Source: Eledone cirrhosa (taxonomy: Eukaryota). From it: DNA of 57,255 bases. A program made the position numbers and the translations under genes. Each line of letters opens with the position of its first letter. Position 1 is the stretch's first letter. The DNA lies in contig CAXHJY010000116.1 in assembly GCA_964016885.1 (NCBI GenBank), forward strand, positions 1 to 57,255, in the 5' to 3' direction. Below the pieces are notes generated by a model. That model had not been told where the DNA came from, did not search any database, and saw nothing but the letters and a program-made list of their open reading frames with translations. Of the stretch, positions 27,310 to 41,629 are shown piece by piece.

Positions 27310-28645
27310 CACACACACACATATACATACACATATACATACACATATATATACACATATATATACATACACATATATATACATACACATATACATACAC
27401 ACACATATATATACATACACATATATATACATACACATATACATACACATATACATACACATATATATACACACACATATACATACACATATATATACAC
27501 ACACATATATATACATACATACACATATATATACACACACATATATATACACACACATATATATACATACACATATACATACACACACATATATATACAT
27601 ACACATATACATACACACACATATATACACACACATATATATACATACACATATACATACACACACATATATATACACATATATATACATACACATATAC
27701 ATACACACATATATATACACACACATATATATACATACACATATACATACACACACAGATATATACACACACATATATACATACACACACACATATACAT
27801 ACACATATATATATATACACACACATATATACATACACACATATACATACACACACATATATACACACACATATATACATACCTACACATATATACATAC
27901 ACACACATATATACATACACACATATATATACTGACAGAGACACAGGCACACACACATACACATACATACACACACTGACAGAGGAACACATACACACAC
28001 ATATATACACTGACAGAGGCACACACACACACACATACACATACATACACACACTGACAGAGGCACACATACACACACATATATACACTGACAGAGGCAC
28101 ACATACACATATATATACTGACAGAGGCACACGCACACACTGACACAGGCACACATACACACATACTAACAGAGGCAACGTATACATACACACACACTGA
28201 CAGAGGCACACATACACACACACTGACAGAGGCACACATACATACACACACACTGACAGAGGCACACACACTGACAGAGGCACACACACTGACAGAGGCA
28301 CACATACATACACACACTGACAGAGACACACACACACACACACACACTGATAGAGGCACACATACACACACTGACAGAGGCACACATACATACACATTGA
28401 CAGAGGCACACACACATACACGCAAATATATATACACTGACAGAAACACCCACATACACACACACACACACTGACAGAGGCACATATACATACACACACA
28501 TACACACTGACAGAGGCACATATACATACACACACATACACACTTACTGACAGAGACATACACACACAGATAAACACACACATACACACACTGACAGTGA
28601 GACACACACACACACACATTGACAGAGAGACATACACACACACAC

Positions 28646-28676
<31 letters not shown>

Positions 28677-28910
28677 TACATACACACTGACAGAGAGATA
28701 CATACATACACACACACAGATAGAGAGAGAGACACACACACATATATATACAGACAGACAGACACACTGACACACACACAAACACACTCTCTTTACACAC
28801 ACACACACACACACACACACTCTCTTTACTCACACACACACACATACCCTTTACACACACACACACACTCTCTCTTTACTCACACACACACTCTCTTTAC
28901 TCACACACAC
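27310..28910. repeat. CA/TA compound microsatellite with recurring actgacagaggc units
   Basis: About 20 copies of the unit between 27930 and 28700. Confidence 0.9.
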
Positions 28911-29050
28911 TCTACAGGACTAGAACTGTTTCATTCGAATGAAATTATCAAGAGAGCCCTGATGATTTCCTTTGAATGAAACAGTTCTAGTCCTGTAGAA
29001 GCCTTGGAATAGAAGAAGTAGCAGTGACTTCGAAGTAACAGCTTTATTGC
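28911..29050. mobile_element. Fold-back family E with hammerhead core (diverged)
   Basis: tctacaggactagaactgtttcattc / gaatgaaacagttctagtcctgtaga. The + strand reads CTGATGA(28959)-tttcctttgaat-GAAA-cag..ctg-TA. Confidence 0.75.
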
Positions 29051-29094
29051 TTAATCCTAATATACATATTTATGTATTATATACAGCAGTATAT

Positions 29095-29275
29095 GGTGGA
29101 TTGGCAGTATCGGTAGAGGGTCGGACGCCATGCTTTCAAGCATAGTTACGTCCCTTTACGATCTGAGTTCAAATCCCGCCGAGGTTGACTTTGCCTTTCA
29201 TCCTTACGGGGTCGATAAAATAAAGTACCAGTAATGCACTGGTTAATTGCTGGCCTTGTGCCTAAAGTAGAAACA
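29095..29275 (+). mobile_element. Full-length tRNA-derived SINE family 1 with TSD AGTATAT
   Basis: A-box-like tggcagtatcgg and B-box-like gagttcaaatccc. TSD at 29088-29094 and 29276-29282. Confidence 0.9.
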
Positions 29276-29290
29276 AGTATATTATAAAGA

Positions 29291-29332
<42 letters not shown>

Positions 29333-30104
29333 CTGTTTGTGTGTGTGTATGTGCCTGTGTGTGCCTGTGTGTGTGTTTGTGTATGTGTGTGTGTATGTGC
29401 CTGTGTGTGTATGTGCCTGTGTGTGTATGTGTATGTGCCTGTGTGTGTGAGTGTGTGTGTGTGTGTTAATCCTAATATACATATTTATGTATTATATACA
29501 GCAGTATATTATAAAGAGTGTGTGTATGTGCCTGTGTGTGTGTGTGTGTGCCTGTGTGTGTGTGTGTATGTGCCTGTGTGTGTGTATGTGCCTGTGTGTG
29601 TATGTGCCTGTGTGTGTGTATGTGTGTGTCTGTGTGTGTAGGAAAAGAAATTTGATCAGCTGGTTATTCAGGCGCGCAGTGTGTCATGCGTGTATATATG
29701 TAATCATACATATACACATACAAGCAAGTTCACATTACGACACACACACACACACATATATTACAAACAACATACGCACACATATATATATATACGTATA
29801 TAAGCAAGCATACATTACACGCATTCACACACATACAACCAGGCATACATTACCACATATACAAACACATACGCACACACACATATATATATATACATTA
29901 CTTACATCACATAAAATACACACATACAACCAGGCATACATTATCACACACACACATATATATATATACATTACTTACATCACATAAATACACACATACA
30001 ACCAGGCATACATTATCACACACACATATATATATGTATATATATATATATATATACATTACTTACATCACATAAATACACACATACAACCAGGCATTCA
30101 TTAC

Positions 30105-30140
<36 letters not shown>

Positions 30141-30311
30141 CCAATAGGTATGACCCCGACGGCAGAGCTCAAGCCGTTTCGACGGCTATTTCTGGACTTG
30201 AGCTCTGCCATCGGGGTCATACGTTTTCCTATTTCCCACTCTACTACCCTAAGTATTGAGTACTCTGGTGCGTTATGGTCCATCTGGTTCCTTACCACAT
30301 TTCCTTCGTTA
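30141..30311 (+). mobile_element. Fold-back element family A
   Basis: gtatgaccccgacggcagagctcaag / cttgagctctgccatcggggtcatac plus a tail ending ccttcgtta. Confidence 0.82.
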
Positions 30312-30787
30312 TATATATATATATGTATATGTATATATATGTAAATCTCTCTATATATATGTATGTGTGTGTACGTAGAAATGCATATACATTGTCTATG
30401 CGTTTGAGAAGGTGCGTGCGTATTTGTGAATGTAGTAATGTTGCCTGAATGCGTGTGTATATATATATATATATATGTAAATCTCTCTATATATGTATGT
30501 GTGTGTACGTAGAAATACATACAAATGAGCATGCGTGTGAATGCGTGTAAAAAAAAAAAAGCGAATGTGTGCGCTGATGACGTCACACGAACGTTATGAA
30601 TGAAAAATCCTCAGCTAGTGAACTCTGAATGAACCCATCGAGGTAACCCTCCCCATCTCCCCCCTCTCAACCTACTTATCACACTCTTCCTGTCACTCTT
30701 GCTCTTAATCCTCCTACTTCCACTGTAACCTGCATTACACACGTCAAACATGGATTCGAATAGATACACATACATATATGGGCACAA

Positions 30788-30820
<33 letters not shown>

Positions 30821-31244
30821 GGTCAGTATATATATACACACACACACTCACACACACATATATATATAGGCCAGTATATATATACACACACACACATATA
30901 TATATATAGGCCAGTATATATACACACACACACTCACACACACATATATATAGACCAATATATACACACATATATATATATATATATACTTACGCATACA
31001 GTCACACATGATGCGTACGAATAGTCAAACACACATATATATATATATATATAGACCAATATATACACACACACACATATATATATAGACCAATATATAC
31101 ACACACACACACATATATATATATAGAGACCAATATACACACACACATATATATATAGACCAATATATACACACACACATATATATATATATATTTAGAC
31201 CAATATATACACACACACACATATATATATATAGACCAATATAT

Positions 31245-31275
<31 letters not shown>

Positions 31276-31729
31276 CTTACGCACACAGTCACACATGATG
31301 CGTACGAACAGTCAAACACATACATATATATATGGGCACAAACATATATATACATATATATACTCACACACATGGACACACGCATATACAAATATACACA
31401 CATAGCTGGACATACATATATACACAAATATATACACACACACACATAGATATACTCACACACAAACACGCATACATACATACATGGATATATGAACACA
31501 CATACGAAAAGACACAGACACACACATGAACACCCATACACATCATGGACATCCATGCATGTAGAATCACACACACACACGTACACATACATAGACTTAT
31601 ATACACTCACACAGCGGGACACAGACACACATAGGGACGGGACACACACATATATATACAAACACACACACATGGAGACATACATGCATAAACATACACA
31701 GACACATACATGAACAAACACGAACACAC

Positions 31730-32060
31730 ACACAAACACATGCATGGTACACACACAAACACAAACACATGCATGGTACACACACAAACACATGTATGGT
31801 ACACGCACACACACATGCATGGTACACACACAAACACAAACACATGCATGGTACACACACAAACACATGTATGGTACACGCACACACACATGCATGGTAC
31901 ACACCAAACACACACACACACAAACACACATGCATGGTACACACCAAACACACACACACAAACACATGCATGGTACACACACAAACACACACACACAAAC
32001 ACACATGCATGGTACACACCAAACACACACACACAAACACATGCATGGTACACATACAAA
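31730..32060. repeat. CA-embedded minisatellite cacatgcatggtacaca
   Basis: About 10 copies. Confidence 0.85.
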
Positions 32061-32185
32061 CACACACACATGGAGACATACATAAAGGCACATGAACAAA
32101 CACAAACACATAGACACATCCTTATACTCATACAACAAACACATACACTTTCTCACACACACACATACATGGTGACATATTCACG

Positions 32186-32218
<33 letters not shown>

Positions 32219-32284
32219 CACCCTACACACACACATCTACATCAACCCCTTTGCCTCAACATGACAGTATGGCTGGTTTCTAAC

Positions 32285-33070
32285 ACTACCACTATCATCA
32301 CCACCACCACCACCACCACTATCACCATCAACACCACCACCACCACCACCACCACCACTATCACCATCAACACCGCCACCACCACTATCAACATCAACAC
32401 CACCACCACCACTAACACTACCACCATCAACACCACCACCACCACTATCACTACCACCATCAACACCACTATCACCATCAACACCACCACCACCACTACC
32501 ACTACCACCATCAACACCACCACCATCAACACCATCAACACCATCAACACCACCACCACTACCACTATCACCATCAACACCACCACCACCACTACCACTA
32601 TCACCATCAACACCACCACCACCACTATCACCATCAACACCACCACCACCACCACCACTATCACCATCAACACCACCACCACCACCACCACCATCACCAT
32701 CAACACCACCACCACCACCACCACTATCACCATCAACACCAACACCACCACTACAAACACCATCAGCAACAGCACCACCACCATCACCACAAGAACCATC
32801 ACCACCACCATCACCACCACCATCACCACAAGAACCATCACCACCACCACCACCACAACCATCAACAGCAGCATCATCAACACCACCACCACCACCACCA
32901 CCACAAGCACCATCACCAGTACCACCACCACCACCACCATCAACAGCAGCATCAGCAACAGCACCACAACCACCACCACCACCACCACCATCACCACCAC
33001 CACCACCACCACCACCATCACCACCATCACCACCACCACCATCTTCACCATCACCACCACTACCATCAGC
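32285..33070. repeat. (CAC)n-based compound repeat
   Basis: Directly visible. Confidence 0.95.
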
Positions 33071-34211
33071 ATTCCTCCTTCTCCTCCCCCTCCATCTACA
33101 ACAGACCTGTTCGTTGTTCCTATCTCTATTCCCCCTCCTCCCCCTCTCTAAACCGTTCCTCTTTCTTCTCTCTTCGTTAGTCATCTCCTTCTCTCCCCCC
33201 CCCTCTCTCTCTCTCTCTCATTCACACACACAATCCTTAACATACACACACATTTTACACACACACACTATACTAACATACACACACACACAGTAACATA
33301 CACATACACACATACTAACACACACACATCCTAACATACACACACACACACACACACATACTAACACACACACACACATCCTAACATACACACACACACA
33401 TACTAAACACACATACTAACACACACAAACACACACATCCTAACATACACACACACATCCTAACATACACACACACACATCCTAACATACACACACACAC
33501 ATACTAACATACACACACTCACATACTAACATACACACACACACACATACTAACACACACACACACACATCCTAACATACACACACACACATACTAAACA
33601 CACATACTAACACACACAAACGCACACATCCTAAAATACACACACACATCCTAACATACACACACACACATACTAACATACACACACTCACATACTAACA
33701 TACACACACACGCACAAACATACTCGCACACACACACATACTAACATGCACATACACACACACACACACACACTCACACACACTCACACACCTACACAAC
33801 TTTCTAGGTATAAACACTCTCTCTCCCTTCTCTCTTACTCTCTCTTTGTCTCTCCTCTCTTTTACTCTCTCTTTGTCTCTCCTCTCTTACTCTCTCTTTG
33901 TCTCTCCTCTCTTACTCTCTCTTTGTCTCTCCTCTCTTACTCTCTCTTTGTGTCTCTCCTTCTCTATCTCTCTTTTACTGTTGTTACCCTCTCATTCTTT
34001 CTCTCTCTCCGTCACTCTTTCACACACACTCCTCTCTCTTTCACACACATACACAATACGCACAAACACACTGATGAAGACACCTAATATTATCTCACAC
34101 ATTCACACACATATACACACACACAGTGATTAAGAAGACCTTATACTCAGATACACATACACACATACACGCACAGACGCACTCAGACATACACACACAC
34201 ACACACACACA

Positions 34212-34450
34212 CATCAAACGACTGTCCCGTCCCCGCCACACACATACACACACACACACCAAACGACTGTCCCGTCCCCGCCACACACACACACACACAC
34301 ACATCAAACGACTGTCCCGTCCCCGCCACACACACACACACACACACACCAAACGACTGTCCCGTCCCCGCCACACACACACACACACACATCAAACGTC
34401 TGTCCCGTCCCCGCCACACACACATCAAACGACTCTTCCCCGTCCCCGCC
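34212..34450. repeat. caaacgactgtcccgtccccgcca x6 with (CA)n spacers
   Basis: Directly visible. Confidence 0.9.
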
Positions 34451-34601
34451 ATCTCACACACTCGAGATATCAATAAAACTCCTGCCTAATATTATCGGCC
34501 AGTTATAGAGATTTATATCCCAAACTGGCTCCCATACTACTTACACATATATTGATTATACCACACATATTAATCTTCTTACTGATTGGTTTTCACTGAT
34601 T

Positions 34602-35128
34602 GGGCTGCGGCCATGCTGGGGCTGCGACCGTGCTGGGACTGCGGCCATGCTGGGGCTGCGACCGAGCTGGGGCTGCGGCCGTGCTGTGGCTGCGACCGTG
34701 CTGGGGCTGCGGCCATGCTGGGGCTGCGGCCATGCTGGGGCTGCGGCCATGCTGGGGCTGCGACCGTGTTGGGGCTGCGACCGTGCTGGGGCTGCGACCG
34801 TGCTGGGGCTGCGGCCATGCTGGGGCTGCGACCGAGCTGGGGCTGCGGCCGTGCTGTGGCTGCGGCCATGCTGGGGCTGCGACCGTGCTGGGGCTGCGGC
34901 CATGCTGGGGCTGCGACCGAGCTGGGGCTGCGACCGAGCTGGGGCTGCGACCGAGCTGGGGCTGCGGCCGTGCTGTGGCTGCGACCGTGCTGGGTCTGCG
35001 GCGGGGCTGCGACCGTGCTGGGACTGCGGCCATGCTGGGACTGCGGCCATGCTGGGGCTGCGACCGTGCTGGGACTGCGGCCATGCTGGGGCTGCGGCCA
35101 TGCTGGGGCTGCGGCCATGCTGGGGCTG
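34602..35128. repeat. 17-bp GC-rich minisatellite (gggctgcggccatgctg variants), about 31 copies
   Basis: Direct periodicity with variant units. Confidence 0.95.
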
Positions 35129-35392
35129 CTAAAAGTAGAAACAATTATTATCTTTGATCATATTTTTCAAATTTTGTTCTTCCATTATCGATCACGATAT
35201 TTGATCACTTGATTCATGAGAGAAGAACGCAACGGAAAATACTGCGTGATCCAATCCAGGGACATATAATTTTACCCGTTAATCTGGAACATGTAGAGTG
35301 TACCACGCAGGCTCTATGGGAGAATGATTTTCATTCCAGCCATTAGCTGTCGAAACGGCCGGAGCTCAGCCGTCGGGGTCTTGACTCTTTTT

Positions 35393-35451
<59 letters not shown>

Positions 35452-35503
35452 ATTAAAATACTGGAGCGTGCTGGAGTTAAACACCCTCTTCGTATTATAG
35501 AAA

Positions 35504-35688
35504 GGGCGGTGTTTTGGCAGTATCGGTAGAGGGTCGGACGCCATGCTTTCCAGCATAGTTACGTCCCTTTACGATCTGAGTTCAAATCCCGCCGAGGTTG
35601 ACTTTGCCTTTCATCCTTACGGGGTCGATAAAATAAAGTACCAGTAATGCACTGGGTAATTGCTGGCCTTGTGCCAAAAGTAGAAACA
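35504..35688 (+). mobile_element. Full-length SINE family 1 with 10-bp TSD ATTATAGAAA
   Basis: TSD at 35494-35503 and 35689-35698. Near-identical to 29095-29275. Confidence 0.92.
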
Positions 35689-35745
35689 ATTATAGAAATG
35701 ACAGTAAAAGGTATAGCTCAATGTAATTAAACAGAGCCGAAGAAT

Positions 35746-35843
35746 TATGAAAGTAAAACAAAGAAGCCTTCAATACATCAAAAGTCTTTATTGTTGGCTA
35801 ATAAAGACTTTTGATGTATTGAAGGCTTCTTTGTTTTACTTTC

Positions 35844-35846
<3 letters not shown>
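35746..35846. repeat. Perfect hairpin with ~47-bp arms next to (TA)n
   Basis: tatgaaagtaaaacaaagaagccttcaatacatcaaaagtctttatt-gttggct-aataaagac...tttcata. Confidence 0.85.
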
Positions 35847-35892
<46 letters not shown>

Positions 35893-36019
35893 AAAGTTTT
35901 ATTTAAAATTGTTGGGTTACAACGAGTAGATATTTTATAACTGATATAAAGCACTCAACAAATTTTGGAGTAGATATACGATATTAAACAAATGGAAACT
36001 ATATTTATAAAACCATATT

Positions 36020-36085
36020 TATTTCATTATACATATTTCAGGGATACCATATTAGAAATATGGCATGCCTTCTTCAGATAAAATA
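36020..36085 (-). ncRNA. Type I hammerhead (family C, in single-arm element 35889-36180)
   Basis: tattttat-CTGAAGA-aggcatgccatatt..aatatggtatccct-GAAA-tatgta-TA-atgaaata. Confidence 0.78.
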
Positions 36086-36180
36086 CAATATATAAGCAGT
36101 TTTATAAATAAATTTGACGTACCATAAATATTGTTCAACTTCCATTTAAAAAAGTTGGTTTGGTAGTATATAATAATAAC

Positions 36181-36524
<344 letters not shown>

Positions 36525-36529
<5 letters not shown>

Positions 36530-36685
36530 CAGATTAAAGTTTAAGCAAAAAATCGCTTAAGGGTGAAAGCAGCGATTCTTTGCTTAAACTTTAATCTGTT
36601 ATTTTAATAAATATTTGCTCTAGGGTTCTTATATATTTCATATATATTTATCCTTATCGAGCCCTCTTTGGATTTTAGTCTTCAA

Positions 36686-36690
<5 letters not shown>
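36525..36690 (+). mobile_element. Small fold-back family G (relatives at 37940-38010 and 18496-18527)
   Basis: aataacagattaaagtttaagcaaa / tttgcttaaactttaatctgttatt. The 37940 copy shows a degenerate core CAGAAGA-tccc-gttaa-gggt-GAAA. Confidence 0.6.
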
Positions 36691-36728
<38 letters not shown>

Positions 36729-36734
36729 GTTATT

Positions 36735-36915
36735 GTTCTTTGAGTCTCAGTCATTGATGTTAGTTAACTGGAAAGTTTGTTGAAATGAATATCAAGCCGC
36801 TACCTGCAGCCTCAGATATTCAGGACGTATTGAAGGGTTCTTGCTGTTCCCAGCAAGCATGCCTTTTGAAGTGTTCCAAAAAGCAGGGCTGGACTAATCT
36901 TCTTTAACCATCCTT
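36735..36915 (-). mobile_element. Dong/R4-like (RLE) non-LTR element 3' end inside (TAA)n
   Basis: Minus translation WLKKISPALLFGTLQKACLLGTARTLQYVLNI* matches the QK..LLGTA..LR..L C-terminal motif. (TTA)n lies on both flanks. Confidence 0.72.
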
Positions 36916-36927
36916 ATTATTATTATT

Positions 36928-37697
36928 ATCAGGGATTTCTGGAGGCCTATGGACAACTTCCAGAAATCCCTGGCCTGGCAGTGCTACCGAGGAGCTTTGC
37001 CAGTTCGGGATAAACTCTACAGGCATGGAGGTGCCGTCAACCGGGCATGTCCGAGATGCGCGCAGGGCGACGAAACCATCCTGCACGCACTCGTCCAGTG
37101 TCCGAGCATTGCTGACTTGTGGGTTTATGTCGAACACCTGCTGTCACGTGTAGGACGGATCCAGCTATCAGCTGAGTCCATCGTGAGGATTGCCACGCCC
37201 TCTTCCTTTAGCCGGGAAGGGCAGGCAGTTTTTATCTGTCTGGTGGCCATGGCGAAAGAGATAGTATGGTGGACACGTTTGAAAGGGCTGAAGACGAGCA
37301 CTTACCTCTTCGGTGATGCCCTGATTAACTTTTTCAAATTTCATTTGAAAAGGAAAATCAGGGTAGAGAGGGAAGTGCTCTCTTCCCAGCATTTTGTTGA
37401 AAGATGGGTGAGAGAAGCAAGAATGGCCCGAGTGAATGGGCCTACTCTGAGTATGTGTCTGTAAATTAAAGGTGGAAAACTGGGAGAAGGCACTTGCTCT
37501 GGTGGTCAGGGTCACTGTGGCCTTTTAATGTCCCTCGGAAGTCTCGCCCCTATTGGGGAAGTTTTCATTGTTATTTTTTTGTTACATCCTCTGTTTTTGT
37601 TTTTTACACGCAGAAATGCCCATTTGCACCGTCCTGTATTGTCCTGTACTGTCCTTAATCTCTACTTTATGTAAACCCTTGTGGTTAATAAAGAAAG
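36928..37697 (+). mobile_element. L1/Tx1-clade LINE 3' fragment (zf-RVT, 3' UTR, polyA signal)
   Basis: W....GALPV...L......CPRC...DETILHALVQCP (CCHC), T-rich UTR, AATAAA near 37687. Confidence 0.85.
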
Positions 37698-37824
37698 CAT
37701 TCCCTTGCCATTCTGAGTTCAATCCCGCCGAGGTTAACTTTGCCTTTCATCCTTACGGGGTCGATAAAATAAAGTACCAGTAATGTACTGGGTATTTGCT
37801 GGCCTTGTGCCAATAGTAGAAACA

Positions 37825-37825
<1 letters not shown>
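37698..37825 (+). mobile_element. 5'-truncated SINE family 1 with (ATT)n tail
   Basis: ctgagttcaatcccgccgaggttaactttgcctttcatccttacggggtcgataaaataaagtaccag. Confidence 0.88.
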
Positions 37826-37905
<80 letters not shown>

Positions 37906-38012
37906 AATATATATATGTATATATACATATATACATATATCAGAAGATCCCGTTAAGGGTGAAAGCAGTGATTCTTTGTTTAAACTTTAATCTGTTATTT
38001 TAATAAACATAC

Positions 38013-38074
<62 letters not shown>

Positions 38075-38353
38075 GTAGAACACTGGAAGGTAATATCCGT
38101 AGTGGTAGAGCACTCAGTCCATGGGACGAGTTAGGTAGAAGTGGTTACACTTATATATATATATATATATATTTTGAGTTTATGTTGGTTGTATACCAAC
38201 ACCTCAGTATGCAGGCTGGAGCACTCGACGAAGTGCGCAGGTTGGTTTGGTTACTCCGGAGTAGTGTAAAATAAAGTTTAATAAAAGTCAAATGATTAAA
38301 ATTTAAATAAAAGTCAAATGATTGCTAAATTTTAATCATTTGACTTTTATTTA

Positions 38354-38438
<85 letters not shown>

Positions 38439-38544
38439 AGGGAGTGTAAGGGTTACTGTAGATTCACCCAGGTGACACTCGATGTTTAGGTTCACGTCAG
38501 TGATGAGGTGTAGAGCTAGACAGTGAAACGCGCGTCATTAATCA

Positions 38545-38602
<58 letters not shown>

Positions 38603-38606
<4 letters not shown>

Positions 38607-38816
38607 AGGCGTGTGGCTGAGTGGTTAGAGAATTGGATTCACAATCTTGAGGTTGTGAGTTCGACCGGGCGATGCGTTATGTCCTTGAGCAAGACACTTT
38701 ATTTCACGTTGCTCCTTCTACCTGGAGTTGCGACCGATAGATAGTACTAGCAACTGGAAAGACCAACGGAAACATTGTTTCCTCGGTCCGATTTGACGAA
38801 AGTCGATCGATCCTAA

Positions 38817-38832
<16 letters not shown>
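38603..38832 (+). mobile_element. tRNA-derived SINE family 2 with poly(A)
   Basis: gtggctgagtggttaga A box, gagttcga B box, gtccttgagcaagacacttta CORE-like motif. A second copy lies at 40539-40740. Confidence 0.8.
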
Positions 38833-38860
<28 letters not shown>

Positions 38861-38866
<6 letters not shown>

Positions 38867-39178
38867 TAAAACAATGAAATAAAAAATCAAGTCATTAGAG
38901 ATATATATACTTCACTGCTTTACGATCGTTTCTAGATGATGATAATACATTGTAGCTATACTCCGGTATTGATCTATGTAAGGTTAGTTACAAAATATCA
39001 GATTTGAAAACAGCTGGTGATTGCATGTAAGTAAATATTCTCTTTATCTGATATTTTGTAACTAACCTTACATAGATCAATAACTGAGTATAGCGACAAT
39101 GTATTATCATCACCTAGAAACGATCGTAAAGCAGTGAAGTATATCTCTAATGACTTGATTTTTTATTTCATTGTTTTA

Positions 39179-39185
<7 letters not shown>
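38861..39185. mobile_element. Fold-back family F with the hammerhead 3' half on both arms
   Basis: ~140-bp inverted arms with cta-GAAA-cgatcg-TA-aagcagtg. A mini version lies at 41251-41320 and a related motif at 45121-45142(-). Confidence 0.75.
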
Positions 39186-39868
<683 letters not shown>

Positions 39869-39871
39869 AAT

Positions 39872-39928
<57 letters not shown>

Positions 39929-40017
39929 AATAAATATATATATATATATAAACATATATATATATATAAATAAATATATATATATATATATAAACATATA
40001 TATATATATATATAAAT

Positions 40018-40222
<205 letters not shown>

Positions 40223-40383
40223 AATATATTGTTATATTTGGGGAGGGTCATATTTGCGTAATATTGCCAGAATTAATAACAGAACACACTCACTGTTTGG
40301 TTGGTTTTCGCTTCTCGCTGTCTTTTATATATATATATCTGCGATCTAACTTACTCGGTCCTCAATGTTGCCATATAAATATA

Positions 40384-40469
<86 letters not shown>

Positions 40470-40538
40470 GAGGTATCCACAGTAAGTTGTAGGGTCTATT
40501 CTGCACGAAGAACTCGATGTAAGCCATATGTTGAAAAT

Positions 40539-40740
40539 GTGAAGGCGTGTGGCTGAGTGGTTAGAGAACTGGATTCACAATTCGATTCCTGGACCAGGCG
40601 ATGCGTTATGTCCTTGAGCAAGGCACTTTATTTCACGTTGCTCCTTCTACTTGGAGTTGTGACCGACAGTATTAGCAACTGGAAAGACCAACGGAAACAT
40701 TGTTTCCTTGGTCCGATTCGACGAAAGTCGATCAATCCTT
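40539..40740 (+). mobile_element. SINE family 2
   Basis: Homologous to 38603-38815. Confidence 0.8.
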
Positions 40741-40789
40741 ATATAGATATATATATATAATATATATAATATATATATAATATATATAT

Positions 40790-41248
40790 AATGGCACTGG
40801 ACCGAGACCTTTGGCGGTACTCAGTAATAGAGAAGACCCGCCTTACCTAAATACAAAGTAAAACCTACTACAGTCAGTAGGCATCTCTAACAAAATACAC
40901 CCCCGTCCCACCACCCCCACCTCATCCACACTACCCCGTTCTATGTAAAGTTATGTTGGTGCCGCGCCATCCAGGCCGAAACAAATGAGATCGTGTAGGT
41001 GTCACGACAAAAAAAACACACAGTCCACGCTGTAATGTGGCCGTGTAGGCAACACGGTAAAAACCTCCCAGACCCACACTGTAAATGTGGTTGGTGTTAG
41101 GAAGGGCATCCAACTGTAGAAAACCTGCCAGACAGTCCTATGCGAGCAAGACAATCACTCTTGCCTCAAGTGGGACTACCCCCGTCCAAACCCATGCAAG
41201 CGTGGCACACGGACGTTAAACGTTGATGATGATGATGATGATGATGAT
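40790..41248 (+). mobile_element. Retroposon 3' end with (GAT)n tail
   Basis: ggttggtgttaggaagggcatccaactgtagaaaacctgcc...cccatgcaagcgtgg..cggacgttaaacgttgatgatgat. Resembles an RTE-related SINE/LINE tail (from memory). Confidence 0.55.
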
Positions 41249-41629
41249 ATATAAGTTAAAACAATGAAATAAAAAATCAATCTCTAATGACTTGATTTTT
41301 TATTTCATTGTTTTAACTTATATCATGACTCTGTTTTCCTTTTAATGTTTTATTGTTTTCCGGGATTTACTTTAACCTACAACATTTTCAACATATGGAT
41401 TACATTGAGTTCTTCATGCAGAATAGACCCCACAACTTACCGTGGATACCTCTGTGTATATATATGTATATATATATATATATATATACATACACATACT
41501 AAAGATATGTGTGTGTCAGTGTGTGTGTGTGTGTGTGTGTGTGTGATCTTGAAATCAATTTCACCGCCATTAATTCTTTCCATTACATGACCAAATACAT
41601 CATCTGATTCTTTACCATTGCATCACAAC

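Noticed and set aside
29095-29175. tRNA gene
   Set aside because: Only A/B-box remnants continuing into a SINE body with a TSD. No cloverleaf.
34212-34450. CRISPR-like 24-bp repeats, also sharing a ~16-bp match with the LTR element interior at 52251
   Set aside because: The spacers are (CA)n. The short match has no flanking homology.
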